Shown in pieces: positions 39,553 to 48,642 of a stretch of DNA of 64,000 bases. Numbering within the stretch: the first letter of the stretch is position 1; the number at the start of each line of letters is the position of its first letter. Under the pieces are notes generated by a model, which had not been told where the DNA came from, made no database searches, and saw only the letters and a list, made by a program, of their open reading frames with translations. Made by a program: the position numbers and the translations under genes. Location of the stretch: positions 65,508-129,507 of the forward strand of contig PLZD01000009.1 in assembly GCA_003151975.1 (NCBI GenBank). Direction: 5' to 3'. Source of the stretch: Elusimicrobiota bacterium (lineage in GTDB: Bacteria; Elusimicrobiota; Elusimicrobia; UBA1565; UBA9628).

Positions 39553-40554
39553 ATGAAGATCAAAGCGTTCCTTGCTGCCGCGGTTCTGGCCTTTCTCGCG
39601 ATCTCTCCGACGCGAGCCGCCGGACCCTCGTGCTATTCGGGCTCCGCGCCCGGGACGCCGCGCGCGCTCGGCGCCAACCGCGACCGGCTGATTGCCGATC
39701 TCGCGCGCCGTAAGTCGACGGACGCCTGCGAACTATGGTCGGCGCTCAACAAGGCCGAGCGCTACGTCTTTCTCATGGACACGGCCTATCTCGCCGACAA
39801 GTCCAGCCGCCTTTACCCGCCGGGCGTTAATAAGGAAACCGCGCTCGACCACGCGACCGCGCTCTACAGCATCAACGGCCCCAAGGCCGGCCAGGGCATC
39901 GACAAGAGCGGACGCGGAGGCGAGGACTACAACCGCATTTATCTCGGCTTCGACGCCTTGGCCTCATGCGTGATGCGCGACGCCGCGGAGGCAAATCCTC
40001 ACCGCGATCCGGACTACAATTCGTGGCGCAAGTCCGACGACGGCAAAGGGCCGCACAAGCCTTTCAACGCCCGCGAGATGATCGTCTGGAGCTCTTGGAC
40101 CGACGACGACATGCGCAACTCCCTCGGGCCGCAGTTTCATCACTGGAGCCGTGACGCGGACCTCGACCGCGGCGGCATCGACAAGCGGCTGGGAGTTTGC
40201 GGCGTGTCGGACCCATCGTTGACCGAGGCGACCGTCGCCTTCGATTTCTATCACAACTCCGACCCGCTCGGCGATTACGCCGGGCGCGGCGGCTACGGGT
40301 GGGAAATCGTCGACAAGCATGTGGCCGGCGGCGGCGCTTGGGGCTACACGCCGGCGGGCTGCGCGCCGACTCTTCCGGTCAACGAGGACATGACGGGCGG
40401 GGGAACTTTCAACGGCTTGGGCACGGTCATGGAGGGCGGGGCCTGCGCCGCGGCGCCCATCGCGATCCCTCCCGCGCCTGCGCGCTTGACGGCGGAGGGT
40501 GCCGCGCGCGTCGAGCGTTCGTTGGAGAGTTTGACGAGAGACGCCGGCCTCTAG
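39553..40554 (+). CDS. Exported protein of unknown function (Gly/Asp/Trp-rich)
   Basis: Signal peptide MKIKAFLAAAVLAFLAISPTRAAG. G/C-rich third positions. Confidence 0.5.
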   Translation: MKIKAFLAAAVLAFLAISPTRAAGPSCYSGSAPGTPRALGANRDRLIADLARRKSTDACELWSALNKAERYVFLMDTAYLADKSSRLYPPGVNKETALDHATALYSINGPKAGQGIDKSGRGGEDYNRIYLGFDALASCVMRDAAEANPHRDPDYNSWRKSDDGKGPHKPFNAREMIVWSSWTDDDMRNSLGPQFHHWSRDADLDRGGIDKRLGVCGVSDPSLTEATVAFDFYHNSDPLGDYAGRGGYGWEIVDKHVAGGGAWGYTPAGCAPTLPVNEDMTGGGTFNGLGTVMEGGACAAAPIAIPPAPARLTAEGAARVERSLESLTRDAGL

Positions 40555-40555
40555 A

Positions 40556-41356
40556 TCACTGTCCGGCGGTGATCAGAAACGACGCCGGGCAGCTCCCGCC
40601 GACGTCTCCCGGAACCAGCGAGCCTGACAGGCTCTGGGCCGAAGGCGAGACGGTGATGCGGATCTCGGAGAGCGCGCCCTTTACGCAGACGAAATGCACG
40701 GCGGAATCCGCGGCGGAACCCCAATCCGCCCGGGCCTGATTCATCGCGTCGGCGGCGCTCACCGTCTGGCCGGAGTTGGCGGCGATGAAGCGGCCGAGCG
40801 CGCCGTCGTTGGCTTGGGTCACGAGGGAATCCGCGAGCGCGAAATAGGTCTCGGCGTCAAGGCCTGAGCACGTGCCGTGGCGGTACCACTCGTGGCGCTC
40901 GAGGCAGTTATCCGTTCCCGGCATCTTCGAGGCCAGCGCGTCGCGCGTCTGCTGCGAGAGCGGCACCGGCGGCATCTGGCAGCGCGTTCGCGCCGTGTCC
41001 TGGTTCTTGATCGAGGAGTCGACGCCGCAGTAGCCCAAGGAATTCGACGGATCGTTGCGCAGGCTCGGCCAAAGGCCGTGCATCACGAGCGCCTGGTCGT
41101 ATTGCCCGGTCTGGGGCGGGCGGCACTCCGGCAGGGAGCGTCCCACTCCCCCGGCGCAGAAGGTCGGATGCCACTCCAGCGACAGAGTGTAATAGTCGAA
41201 ATTCTCGAGCGCGCGCACGGGCTTCGCGGACGGAGCGGCGCCGTCGCGAGAAGCGACGAGCTGGGACGTGATCGATGCCAGCGGGTCGGCGTTCCAGTCG
41301 ACGGCGGGGGCGGCGTGCGCGGAGGCGAGGATCAACGCAAGCAAGAAATTGGTCAT
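40556..41356 (-). CDS. Ribonuclease T2 family (RNase I-like), exported
   Basis: Signal peptide. CAS I motif FDYYTLSLEWHPTFC..HGLWP and CAS II motif HEWYRHGTC. Confidence 0.8.
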   Translation of the reverse strand: MTNFLLALILASAHAAPAVDWNADPLASITSQLVASRDGAAPSAKPVRALENFDYYTLSLEWHPTFCAGGVGRSLPECRPPQTGQYDQALVMHGLWPSLRNDPSNSLGYCGVDSSIKNQDTARTRCQMPPVPLSQQTRDALASKMPGTDNCLERHEWYRHGTCSGLDAETYFALADSLVTQANDGALGRFIAANSGQTVSAADAMNQARADWGSAADSAVHFVCVKGALSEIRITVSPSAQSLSGSLVPGDVGGSCPASFLITAGQ

Positions 41357-41482
41357 GGCCTGATTATAGGCAAACCGACCCCCAGGCGCATGGGTCTAAA
41401 GTCCTATCCGCGGCCACGAAGGGCTTGCCGCTCGAGTCGGTGTGCGTTGAGGGCCCCTTCTTTCGTTGTGTATACTTTGCCG

Positions 41483-42676
41483 ATGTCGGCTCGCGCTTCA
41501 TTGACGGCGTCGTTGCTGCTCGCGATTGCGTCGGTCTCTCGAGCCGACGAGTTCTGCGTGGACAAGCAGGTCGGCAACCATAGGGAGATCGACTGCAGCG
41601 ACCCGGATTTGGGGGGGGACTCGCCTTCCAACTTCACCTTGACCACCCCCGATGCCCTGCCGGCGGAGCAGGAGCCTGGCGGCGCTTTCTCGGGCACGCG
41701 CCCAAGACTGAGCAGCCCCCCGCGGGACCCCTTGATGCCGGCCGATTCGCCGGATCTTGAGTCGATGTCCGATCTCGATTCTGGGCCCGCGAGCATTGAG
41801 CAGGCGAGAGAGAACTTTGAGTCGCTTTTTGAGGCATGGCTGCAAGCCAACCGCAGCGCCGGCGGCATCGTGACGTTGACCGATCTGGATTCGGGCCGGG
41901 CCGAGGAACTCCTGTTTCGCAAACTGGAATCGAAGAGCGTTCGCGCGGAGGGCGGCGGCATTTTTTCCTGCGAGGTCGTCTTCGAGAAGAAAGACGGGAA
42001 GAGGGCGACCGCGGTGGCTCTAGAAAACCTCAGCGGCGCGAACTGGTTCATATCGACCGTCGAGCTCCGACGGAAGAAGAGGCCGATGGCGATTCCGCCG
42101 CTTGGCGGGGATGGCCTTCAGCGCATGGTCGAGACTTGGATCGACAGCCGCCGCGATGCCGATGGACTTCTGCACGTCAAGAGCGGGAAGACCGGCGGCG
42201 TCGCGGCGATGAGATTCGTCGCCGTCGATAGCGCGACCGTTCGCTTCGGCGGCAACGGCGCCCTCGCGGAGGAAGTCCGGCTGCGGGACCTTTCGGGCGG
42301 CGAGGCGCGCGCGCGGATCTTCGCCGCCAAGCGCCGCAAGGGCGCAGTCTCGATCAACTTCGAGCTGCTGCGGCCCTTGGCGCTTCCCCCTAAGGACGCG
42401 GGCCGAGCCGTCGGACAGGCCGTCATGCGCTACGTGAAGTCGGGCTCTCAGAACGGCGGCGAATTTTCCGTGGCGGATGATCCGTCGCCGCGCAAAAGAA
42501 AGCTGCGGCTGAAGGAGCTGCCGGCCGACGCCGAGGCGCTCGACGGGAATCATTTTCGGCTGCGCGCCTTCTTCAAGGATGTCGATGACGGGTCGAACGT
42601 GGGCGTCGACTTCCTCGTGCGTCTGGCGGGCGACGAGAAGCGGGTCTACAAGGCCTCTTTCGCGGCCGCGCCCTGA
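41483..42676 (+). CDS. Exported protein of unknown function
   Basis: Start MSARASLTASLLLAIASVSRA (signal). A TTGAGG-18-TATACT promoter-like sequence lies upstream. Confidence 0.5.
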   Translation: MSARASLTASLLLAIASVSRADEFCVDKQVGNHREIDCSDPDLGGDSPSNFTLTTPDALPAEQEPGGAFSGTRPRLSSPPRDPLMPADSPDLESMSDLDSGPASIEQARENFESLFEAWLQANRSAGGIVTLTDLDSGRAEELLFRKLESKSVRAEGGGIFSCEVVFEKKDGKRATAVALENLSGANWFISTVELRRKKRPMAIPPLGGDGLQRMVETWIDSRRDADGLLHVKSGKTGGVAAMRFVAVDSATVRFGGNGALAEEVRLRDLSGGEARARIFAAKRRKGAVSINFELLRPLALPPKDAGRAVGQAVMRYVKSGSQNGGEFSVADDPSPRKRKLRLKELPADAEALDGNHFRLRAFFKDVDDGSNVGVDFLVRLAGDEKRVYKASFAAAP

Positions 42677-42774
42677 CCGGACCTAAAGTCCCGGCTGGCC
42701 CCTGGGCCAAATGCCGAGCGGCCGCGCCGAAATCTCCGCGCACCGAGCCGCCTGCAATTCGGTACCATCACGGC

Positions 42775-43956
42775 GTGCAGCGGCTTTGCGCCGTCGTACT
42801 CGTCGCATCTCTCTCACTTCCCGCCGCGGGCGGAACCTTCGCTATTCGCCCGGCTCCCGTCGAGCTGGCCCCGCTCGCGGCGCCCTTGGCCTCTCCTCCG
42901 TCCCTCGCGTTGGAGGGTGTGAAGCCCTTGCAGGAGATTCCGAAGCTGGACGCGCTTCCACTGTCTCAGATCGAGGCGGTCCAGGAACCGCTCGCGGTTG
43001 AGGTCCGTCCGGAGGAGGCGCGCGCGTGGGTCCCTCTGGCTTCCGCGCAGGCGGCCGACGCGGCGCGCACGCCCGAGCTCGCGGCGGCCGGCTTCGACGG
43101 AGATAATCTTCCCGGCGAGCCCGCGGCCTCGGAACCCGCGCTGCCTTCGTATCTCGCCTCGCCCGACGCGGCGCACTCGGCGTGGATCGCGGGCGTCGTC
43201 GAGGCCGCCTCGCGGTCGAAGACGGGGCGCGCCGTGCTGGGCCGCGTGGCGCGTCTTGCCGAAGACCAGGGCCGGCCGCTCATGGTGGTCGTCGCCCCGA
43301 TCGGGAACTCGGGCGAGTACGCCTTCGACCACGAGATCGTCACTTTGGACTCGAAGCACGCCAAAAGCGCGCCCGAGGACGCGGCCCCCGTCTTCATTCA
43401 CGAGCTCACGCACGTCCTGCAGTTGGCCCAGGAACTGCCGGCCGACGCCTTCGAGATGGAGCTCGAGGCGTGGCTCACGCAATTTCGCGTCTCCGAGGAG
43501 CTCGGCTTTAAACCCCCGCGCGGCAGCTTCCACGCCAGCGCCTTTCGGCGCTTCAAGAACGACCTCGACCGCTTCATCGTCTGGCTGAAGAAGGAGTACT
43601 CGACCAACATCGCGGTCGTCGGCTCGGACGTTTCTGAATACGAGACGGAGCTCGAGGAGCGTCAGCTCAAGCATCATGGCGAGCTCGAGCGGCTCGAGAA
43701 GCGCCTCGAGAAGAAGCGGAAGATCGAGGAGCGCATGCGCCAGACCCGCCAGCCCGAGGGGCTGATCGCGGAATTCCACCTCGACGAGGTCGCGCCGCTC
43801 GAGGAGAAAGTCCGCCAGAAGATCCGCGACATCGGCTGGGTCGAGCGAGACCTGGCGCTCCTGCGCGATCCCGAGAGCCGCAGGCGCTATCAGGTCTACG
43901 CCGCGCGCGTGCTCAAGCGCGCCCGCCTCTACCGCGAGCGCCTGACGGCGTCTTAG
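42775..43956 (+). CDS. Exported DUF4157-like HExxH putative zinc metallopeptidase with C-terminal coiled coil
   Basis: Signal peptide. The motif EYAFDHEIVTLD...APVFIHELTHVLQ fits the DUF4157 signature HExxHxxQ. The Glu/Arg/Leu-rich C-terminus predicts a coiled coil. Confidence 0.5.
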   Translation: MQRLCAVVLVASLSLPAAGGTFAIRPAPVELAPLAAPLASPPSLALEGVKPLQEIPKLDALPLSQIEAVQEPLAVEVRPEEARAWVPLASAQAADAARTPELAAAGFDGDNLPGEPAASEPALPSYLASPDAAHSAWIAGVVEAASRSKTGRAVLGRVARLAEDQGRPLMVVVAPIGNSGEYAFDHEIVTLDSKHAKSAPEDAAPVFIHELTHVLQLAQELPADAFEMELEAWLTQFRVSEELGFKPPRGSFHASAFRRFKNDLDRFIVWLKKEYSTNIAVVGSDVSEYETELEERQLKHHGELERLEKRLEKKRKIEERMRQTRQPEGLIAEFHLDEVAPLEEKVRQKIRDIGWVERDLALLRDPESRRRYQVYAARVLKRARLYRERLTAS

Positions 43957-43966
43957 CGCTCGGCGA

Positions 43967-45337
43967 TCATTCGCCCTGGCGCCACTGCGGCATCTGGTCC
44001 GTGTTGTAGTCGCGCCGCGCCGTGCGCGAGACCTCGGGCCGCAGATAATCGAATACGGCCTTCATGTCGGGTCCTTTCTCGCGCAGGCCCTTGAGGAAAT
44101 AGTAGGTGAAGAGGCCGTGGCCCTTCGTCTCGAAGCTGTTTGAGATTTGATCTCCGGCGGAGGCTGAGAGGACGGTCATGTGAGCGGGAAGCTCCTCGGT
44201 CTTGATCGTCACGAGCGGCCGGGCTCCCTTGGCGATCACGGAGCGCCCGCCGGCGCCCGAGAAGCACGAGTCCATCGCGACCGTGACGCTCTTGGCCGGA
44301 AGCTTGGCGAGCTGGGCGTAGAGCTTCTTGAGCGAATAGCCCATCTGATCGATGTAGGTCGGGTCGGCGTCGAAGGGCACCATGTACGCGTCTCCGGTCC
44401 TAGGGTTGGGCGCGCCGTGGCCCGAGAAGAACACGAAGACCTCGTCGCCTTTCTCGACGCGGTTGGGCAGCCAGCTCTCGAAATATTTCTCGAAGTCTCC
44501 GCGCGTGGCGCGATCGTCGACCAGCAGGGCGACGTTCTCCTCGGGGTAGCCCAAGACGTTCTTGACGTACTCGGCCACGATGCGCGCGTCGCCGGCGGCG
44601 AAATCCGCGTTAGGCAGATGCTCTCGGTAGTGCTCAATGCCGATGATCACGGCATGGCCGGCGCGGCGCGCGCGCGGCGCCGGAGCGTCGTCGACGTCTG
44701 AATGGGCGACGGGCCGGGGCGCCGGAGCGGCGGCGACGTTCCGGCGCACGGGAGCTTCCCCGGCGGGCTCGGGACGCTTGAGGACTTCCGCGCTCACCGC
44801 GGCGGCGGCCTGGCCCAGCGCATCGGCCAGCATCCCGCCGACCTTGGCCAAAGACTCGTTGTTGCTGCTGGTCTCTACGTGCGCTTCGAAGGAACGCTCC
44901 CAAAGCAGCTCCCGCCCGGCGGCGAGGCGGACGATCACCGCCAGCGACGCGTCGGTTTGACTGAAGCCCATCTTGTAGTGCGTCCGCGTCGGATCGAACC
45001 TGAGCTGGATTTCGTAATCGGCCGAGTCGTCGGGCCGGTCGAGGAGCAGCGCCGTCTGGAAGACCTGCCGAAACGCGCTCTCGGCGGCGGCGGGCAGGTT
45101 CTTGCCCCACTGTGCGTCCCACGCGCCCATCGGGATCGGCGCGTAATCCTTGTAGGCCCGGACTTCCTGCGGCACGACGACGACCGCGCGCGCGTCGATC
45201 GGCCGGCCGCCGAGGAAGGGGGAAGCGGTCTGGATCGGGACATTGAACCTCGTCCCGCCCGTCGGTCCAGTGGTCGCGCAACCCGTGAGTCCGAGGATAA
45301 CGGCGGCGGCGGCGAGGACCGAGATTCTGGAGTTCAT
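43967..45337 (-). CDS. Caspase-domain (peptidase C14) lipoprotein with ~200-aa N-terminal extension
   Basis: Lipobox LGLTGC. Motifs HAVIIGIEHY, FFSGHGAPN and AMDSCFSGAG. Paralog of the 358..1458 gene (~45% identity in the caspase domain). Confidence 0.8.
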   Translation of the reverse strand: MNSRISVLAAAAVILGLTGCATTGPTGGTRFNVPIQTASPFLGGRPIDARAVVVVPQEVRAYKDYAPIPMGAWDAQWGKNLPAAAESAFRQVFQTALLLDRPDDSADYEIQLRFDPTRTHYKMGFSQTDASLAVIVRLAAGRELLWERSFEAHVETSSNNESLAKVGGMLADALGQAAAAVSAEVLKRPEPAGEAPVRRNVAAAPAPRPVAHSDVDDAPAPRARRAGHAVIIGIEHYREHLPNADFAAGDARIVAEYVKNVLGYPEENVALLVDDRATRGDFEKYFESWLPNRVEKGDEVFVFFSGHGAPNPRTGDAYMVPFDADPTYIDQMGYSLKKLYAQLAKLPAKSVTVAMDSCFSGAGGRSVIAKGARPLVTIKTEELPAHMTVLSASAGDQISNSFETKGHGLFTYYFLKGLREKGPDMKAVFDYLRPEVSRTARRDYNTDQMPQWRQGE

Positions 45338-45366
45338 GGATCGATTATACCTCTAATCCGGGGAAA

Positions 45367-46419
45367 TCAGATCTTGATCGCGATCCGGCGGCGCTTGAGC
45401 AGCGTGAAGGCGCCGGTCCACAGCGCCGCGTAGGCGAACGCGAAGGCCGCCGAGGCGTTGGCGGGCGAGAGCCAAGTCTCGAATAATTTCGCGCAGAGCC
45501 AAAGTCGCGGCTGCGTGCCGTCGATCCGCGTGTAGACCATGAGCTTCAAGAGGAGTATCGGCAGGACATAGGCCGCGATGGCGTTGACGCCGAGCGCCTC
45601 GAACGGCCGGCCCCAGGCCGTCGTGCCGTCGATATCGCAAAGCCAATAAATGTCGGCCAGCGCGAAGGCCGCCAGGCCTCCCGTATAAAGAACAAACGAG
45701 CTCGTCCACAGCGCCTTGTTGATCGGAAACGCCAGCCCCCAAAGCCGGCCGAGACCCGCGCAAGCCAACCCGATGACGGCGAGCACGGCGGCTTTTTGCT
45801 CGGGACGACCGGGAGTCCTCAGGCCGCGCCCGCAAATCAGCCCGATGAGCGTCGTCGCGACTGCCGGGCCGGTGCTCAAGAAACCTTCTGGATCGTAGGA
45901 TCCTGAACGATACGTGTGCGCGCCCAAGATGAGACGGTCGAGCTTGGCCGGCAGGTTTCCTTCGACGGTCATGTCGCCGCCCTGCGCCAGCAGCAGCCAA
46001 TAGCCCAGCAGGATCGCCGCGGTCAAGCTGATCTGCGCGCGCGGGTTGAGCGCCGACTCGATAGCCGCGCACGCGAGATAGCAGAGCGCGATGCGCTGCA
46101 GGACGCCCATCAAGCGCAAAGTGCCGAGCTGGTAATGCGGGATCGCGTTGAGCATGAGGCCGAGCGCGAACAAGATCGCCGCGCGTTTGAGTATTTGCGT
46201 CGGAGTCTTGGGCGAGGCGAACGCGAGTGCCGCGCCCATGATGAACAGGAAAAATGGAAACACGAGATCGGCCGGCGTGCAGCCGTGCCACGGCGCGTGA
46301 TCGAGCCAGTCATAACCGGAGTTATTTCCCGGCGTGTTGACGACGATCATGCCCGCCACCGTCAGCCCGCGAAAAACGTCGAGCGAAAGCAGGCGCTTAC
46401 CGCGCGTCGGAGAGGTCAT
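45367..46419 (-). CDS. DUF1624/DUF5009 (heparan-alpha-glucosaminide N-acetyltransferase-like) membrane acyltransferase
   Basis: N-terminal RLLSLDVFRGLTVAGMIVVN motif. About 10 TM helices. It sits 29 bp upstream of the caspase lipoprotein on the same strand. Confidence 0.6.
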   Translation of the reverse strand: MTSPTRGKRLLSLDVFRGLTVAGMIVVNTPGNNSGYDWLDHAPWHGCTPADLVFPFFLFIMGAALAFASPKTPTQILKRAAILFALGLMLNAIPHYQLGTLRLMGVLQRIALCYLACAAIESALNPRAQISLTAAILLGYWLLLAQGGDMTVEGNLPAKLDRLILGAHTYRSGSYDPEGFLSTGPAVATTLIGLICGRGLRTPGRPEQKAAVLAVIGLACAGLGRLWGLAFPINKALWTSSFVLYTGGLAAFALADIYWLCDIDGTTAWGRPFEALGVNAIAAYVLPILLLKLMVYTRIDGTQPRLWLCAKLFETWLSPANASAAFAFAYAALWTGAFTLLKRRRIAIKI

Positions 46420-46478
46420 CGCGGTAATATACAGAAAAAGCGGCGCCTCTTGACAAAATCCGCGGCGGGGGCTAGCCT

Positions 46479-46916
46479 TTGGTTATGCGAAAAATAGCTC
46501 TGCTTCTGGCGGCAATCGCGGCGTTCTCGACGCCGGCGCGCGCGGAAACGAATCTCAAGCTCTACGGCGCCCAGCTCGACTACGATCCCAACGGCAACGT
46601 CTGGCACGTGGCCTCCAAAGTCTGCAACAAAGACCAAGTCCCCTCGGGCTCAATGCTCTACGAGCTGCGCCTTTATCAAGGCGACGTGACGCCTGGAGCT
46701 CAGCACCTCACGATCGGCGGCTTCAAGTACTCCAATCCGCTCCAGGCGGGGAAGTGCCGCGACTCGAAGGATGTCTCCGTGAAGGTGCGCACGAAAACAG
46801 TTGCCCCGGGCGAGTACAAAGTCGTGCTCTGGGTCGGCGATTACGACGGCAGCCGGTTCATCGGCCACATCTACTACACCTTCGACCACACCTTCATCCG
46901 CTCGAACGGGCCTTAA
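46479..46916 (+). CDS. Small exported protein of unknown function
   Basis: Signal peptide MVMRKIALLLAAIAAFSTPARA. 145 aa. Confidence 0.5.
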   Translation: MVMRKIALLLAAIAAFSTPARAETNLKLYGAQLDYDPNGNVWHVASKVCNKDQVPSGSMLYELRLYQGDVTPGAQHLTIGGFKYSNPLQAGKCRDSKDVSVKVRTKTVAPGEYKVVLWVGDYDGSRFIGHIYYTFDHTFIRSNGP

Positions 46917-47992
46917 GGCGCGAGGCCGGCGCGCACGCCGTATTTGCGCGTCTTCCAGTAAGGGAGCCCCTCGTCGATCGTGGTCACCTTTGAAAATCCC
47001 GCCTCCAGGAGTTTCTTCGCCAGCGTTCCCGACTCCGCGTGGGGGCAGGCGCAATAAGCGACGAGCCAGGAATCCCGAGGGAGTCCCGATAAATACGGCG
47101 CGGGATCGTAAAAGGGCACGCTTACGGCGCCGGCGATGTGCTCGTTGACGTAATCGGCGGGCGGGCGCGCGTCGATCAAAGTCATTTTCGCGCCGCGGTC
47201 GAGTTGAGTCTTCACGGCGTCCGCCGGAGTCGAGGCCGGATACGCGAAGAAGCCCTCCGCCGCGGGCCCGTTTGGATTGAGCGGGACGTGGCCGAGAGGG
47301 ATCGGCGCGGGGGAGGCCGGCGCAAGCCTCACGGCCGAGCCGGAACTCCAGCCGCGCATCAGCGCCAGCAAGTCGTCGATTCCTTTCGCGCCCAGCGAAT
47401 CCTCGAAGCCGCGCATCGCCGTGCCCTCAAGGCCTTTGCCGATCACGCGCCGTAGAAACCCGTCGCCGGCTCCCAGCAGGAATTGCGCGCTGCCGATCTG
47501 CAGATTCTGGCCGCCGACGCCGTTCTGGCCGTGGCACGAGAGGCAGCGCGCCGAGAATATTTTGGCGCCGCGTTTTGCGGACCCGGCCGCGGGACGCTCG
47601 TCGAGCTGGGCCGGCGGCGACTTTTGCCAGCCTCGGATGAAATTGACGAGCGCGTCGACGTCGCCGGGCGTCAGCGGTCCGCGGCGCGCCCCCGACCACG
47701 CCGACATCGTCGTGCCGGGGCGCCCTTCTTCGACTGCCAGCCGTAAAAAATAATCGCTGGCCGAGGCCAATAGGTCGGAGTTGGCCAGCATGGGCGCGCG
47801 GTCGGCCTTGTAGCCCTCGCCGGCCGCGCCGTGGCAAACGGCGCACATGGTCCCGTAAATTTGCGCGCCGCGCGCGGCAGACGGCGACGTGCTCGTCGCG
47901 ACAGCCGAGGGCGTGCTGGCGGCGACCATCTCGGCCGGCACGGCGGCGCGCGCCGGCGCGGCGGACAGCGCGAGCAGCAAAAGAAAAATCAT
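46913..47992 (-). CDS. Dihaem c-type cytochrome with C-terminal rhodanese-like domain
   Basis: Signal peptide MIFLLLLALSAAPARA. Two haem-binding motifs CAVCH and CLSCH. The C-terminal rhodanese-like fold (..AYCACPH.) lacks the canonical Cys-X5-Arg loop. Confidence 0.6.
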   Translation of the reverse strand: MIFLLLLALSAAPARAAVPAEMVAASTPSAVATSTSPSAARGAQIYGTMCAVCHGAAGEGYKADRAPMLANSDLLASASDYFLRLAVEEGRPGTTMSAWSGARRGPLTPGDVDALVNFIRGWQKSPPAQLDERPAAGSAKRGAKIFSARCLSCHGQNGVGGQNLQIGSAQFLLGAGDGFLRRVIGKGLEGTAMRGFEDSLGAKGIDDLLALMRGWSSGSAVRLAPASPAPIPLGHVPLNPNGPAAEGFFAYPASTPADAVKTQLDRGAKMTLIDARPPADYVNEHIAGAVSVPFYDPAPYLSGLPRDSWLVAYCACPHAESGTLAKKLLEAGFSKVTTIDEGLPYWKTRKYGVRAGLAP

Positions 47993-48102
47993 GATTTGCG
48001 ATTTTCTCAAATGACGGGGTCCGGACACAATGCGAAATCTGCGGTCGCGGCCGGTGACAGAGATCACATTGCATTTTTTGGCTTCCGGCCCCATAATACA
48101 CG

Positions 48103-48633
48103 GTGCCGTCCAAGCGGAAGTTCTTTGGGGTGATTGCCGCCGTTTTCATGGCGAGCGCTCCGGCTTGGTCCGAAACGAGTGAGCTGAAATCGCCGGAGGT
48201 GAAGCCGCCCCGGACGCTGGCCCTGGGTCTCTCGTATCTTGGCGTTCAAGTCCGGTATTTCTTCGTGCCGAAGTGGGCTGGCGAGGTGAAATATCAATTC
48301 GGAACCGTCAATAGCGACGGAGGGAACACGACCTCGCAGGTGATCGGTTTGAGAGGGTATCGATTCTTCGACACGGGGACGGCCTATCGGCTGTATCTGG
48401 GAGGCGAAGCATCCGCGGTGAATTCCCGGGACAAGCAGGACGGAGTATTTTATCGGGCGACAGGGACGGCGCTGGGCGCGTTCGGCGGATTCGAATACAC
48501 GATCTCCAAGCATTGGACTTTGGGTCTGGACATCGGACCGTATCTCTTTTCGCTCAAGAATAACGTCGTAGGAGGCAGCGACGCCTCGCTCGACTTCGTC
48601 GCCAACGGCGCCGTGAGCTATTATTTTCGCTGA
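48103..48633 (+). CDS. Small outer-membrane beta-barrel protein (OmpA/OmpW-like porin family)
   Basis: Signal peptide. Alternating hydrophobic beta-strands. C-terminal ...VSYYFR, an aromatic terminal residue typical of OMPs. Confidence 0.6.
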   Translation: MPSKRKFFGVIAAVFMASAPAWSETSELKSPEVKPPRTLALGLSYLGVQVRYFFVPKWAGEVKYQFGTVNSDGGNTTSQVIGLRGYRFFDTGTAYRLYLGGEASAVNSRDKQDGVFYRATGTALGAFGGFEYTISKHWTLGLDIGPYLFSLKNNVVGGSDASLDFVANGAVSYYFR

Positions 48634-48642
48634 GGTGGATCA

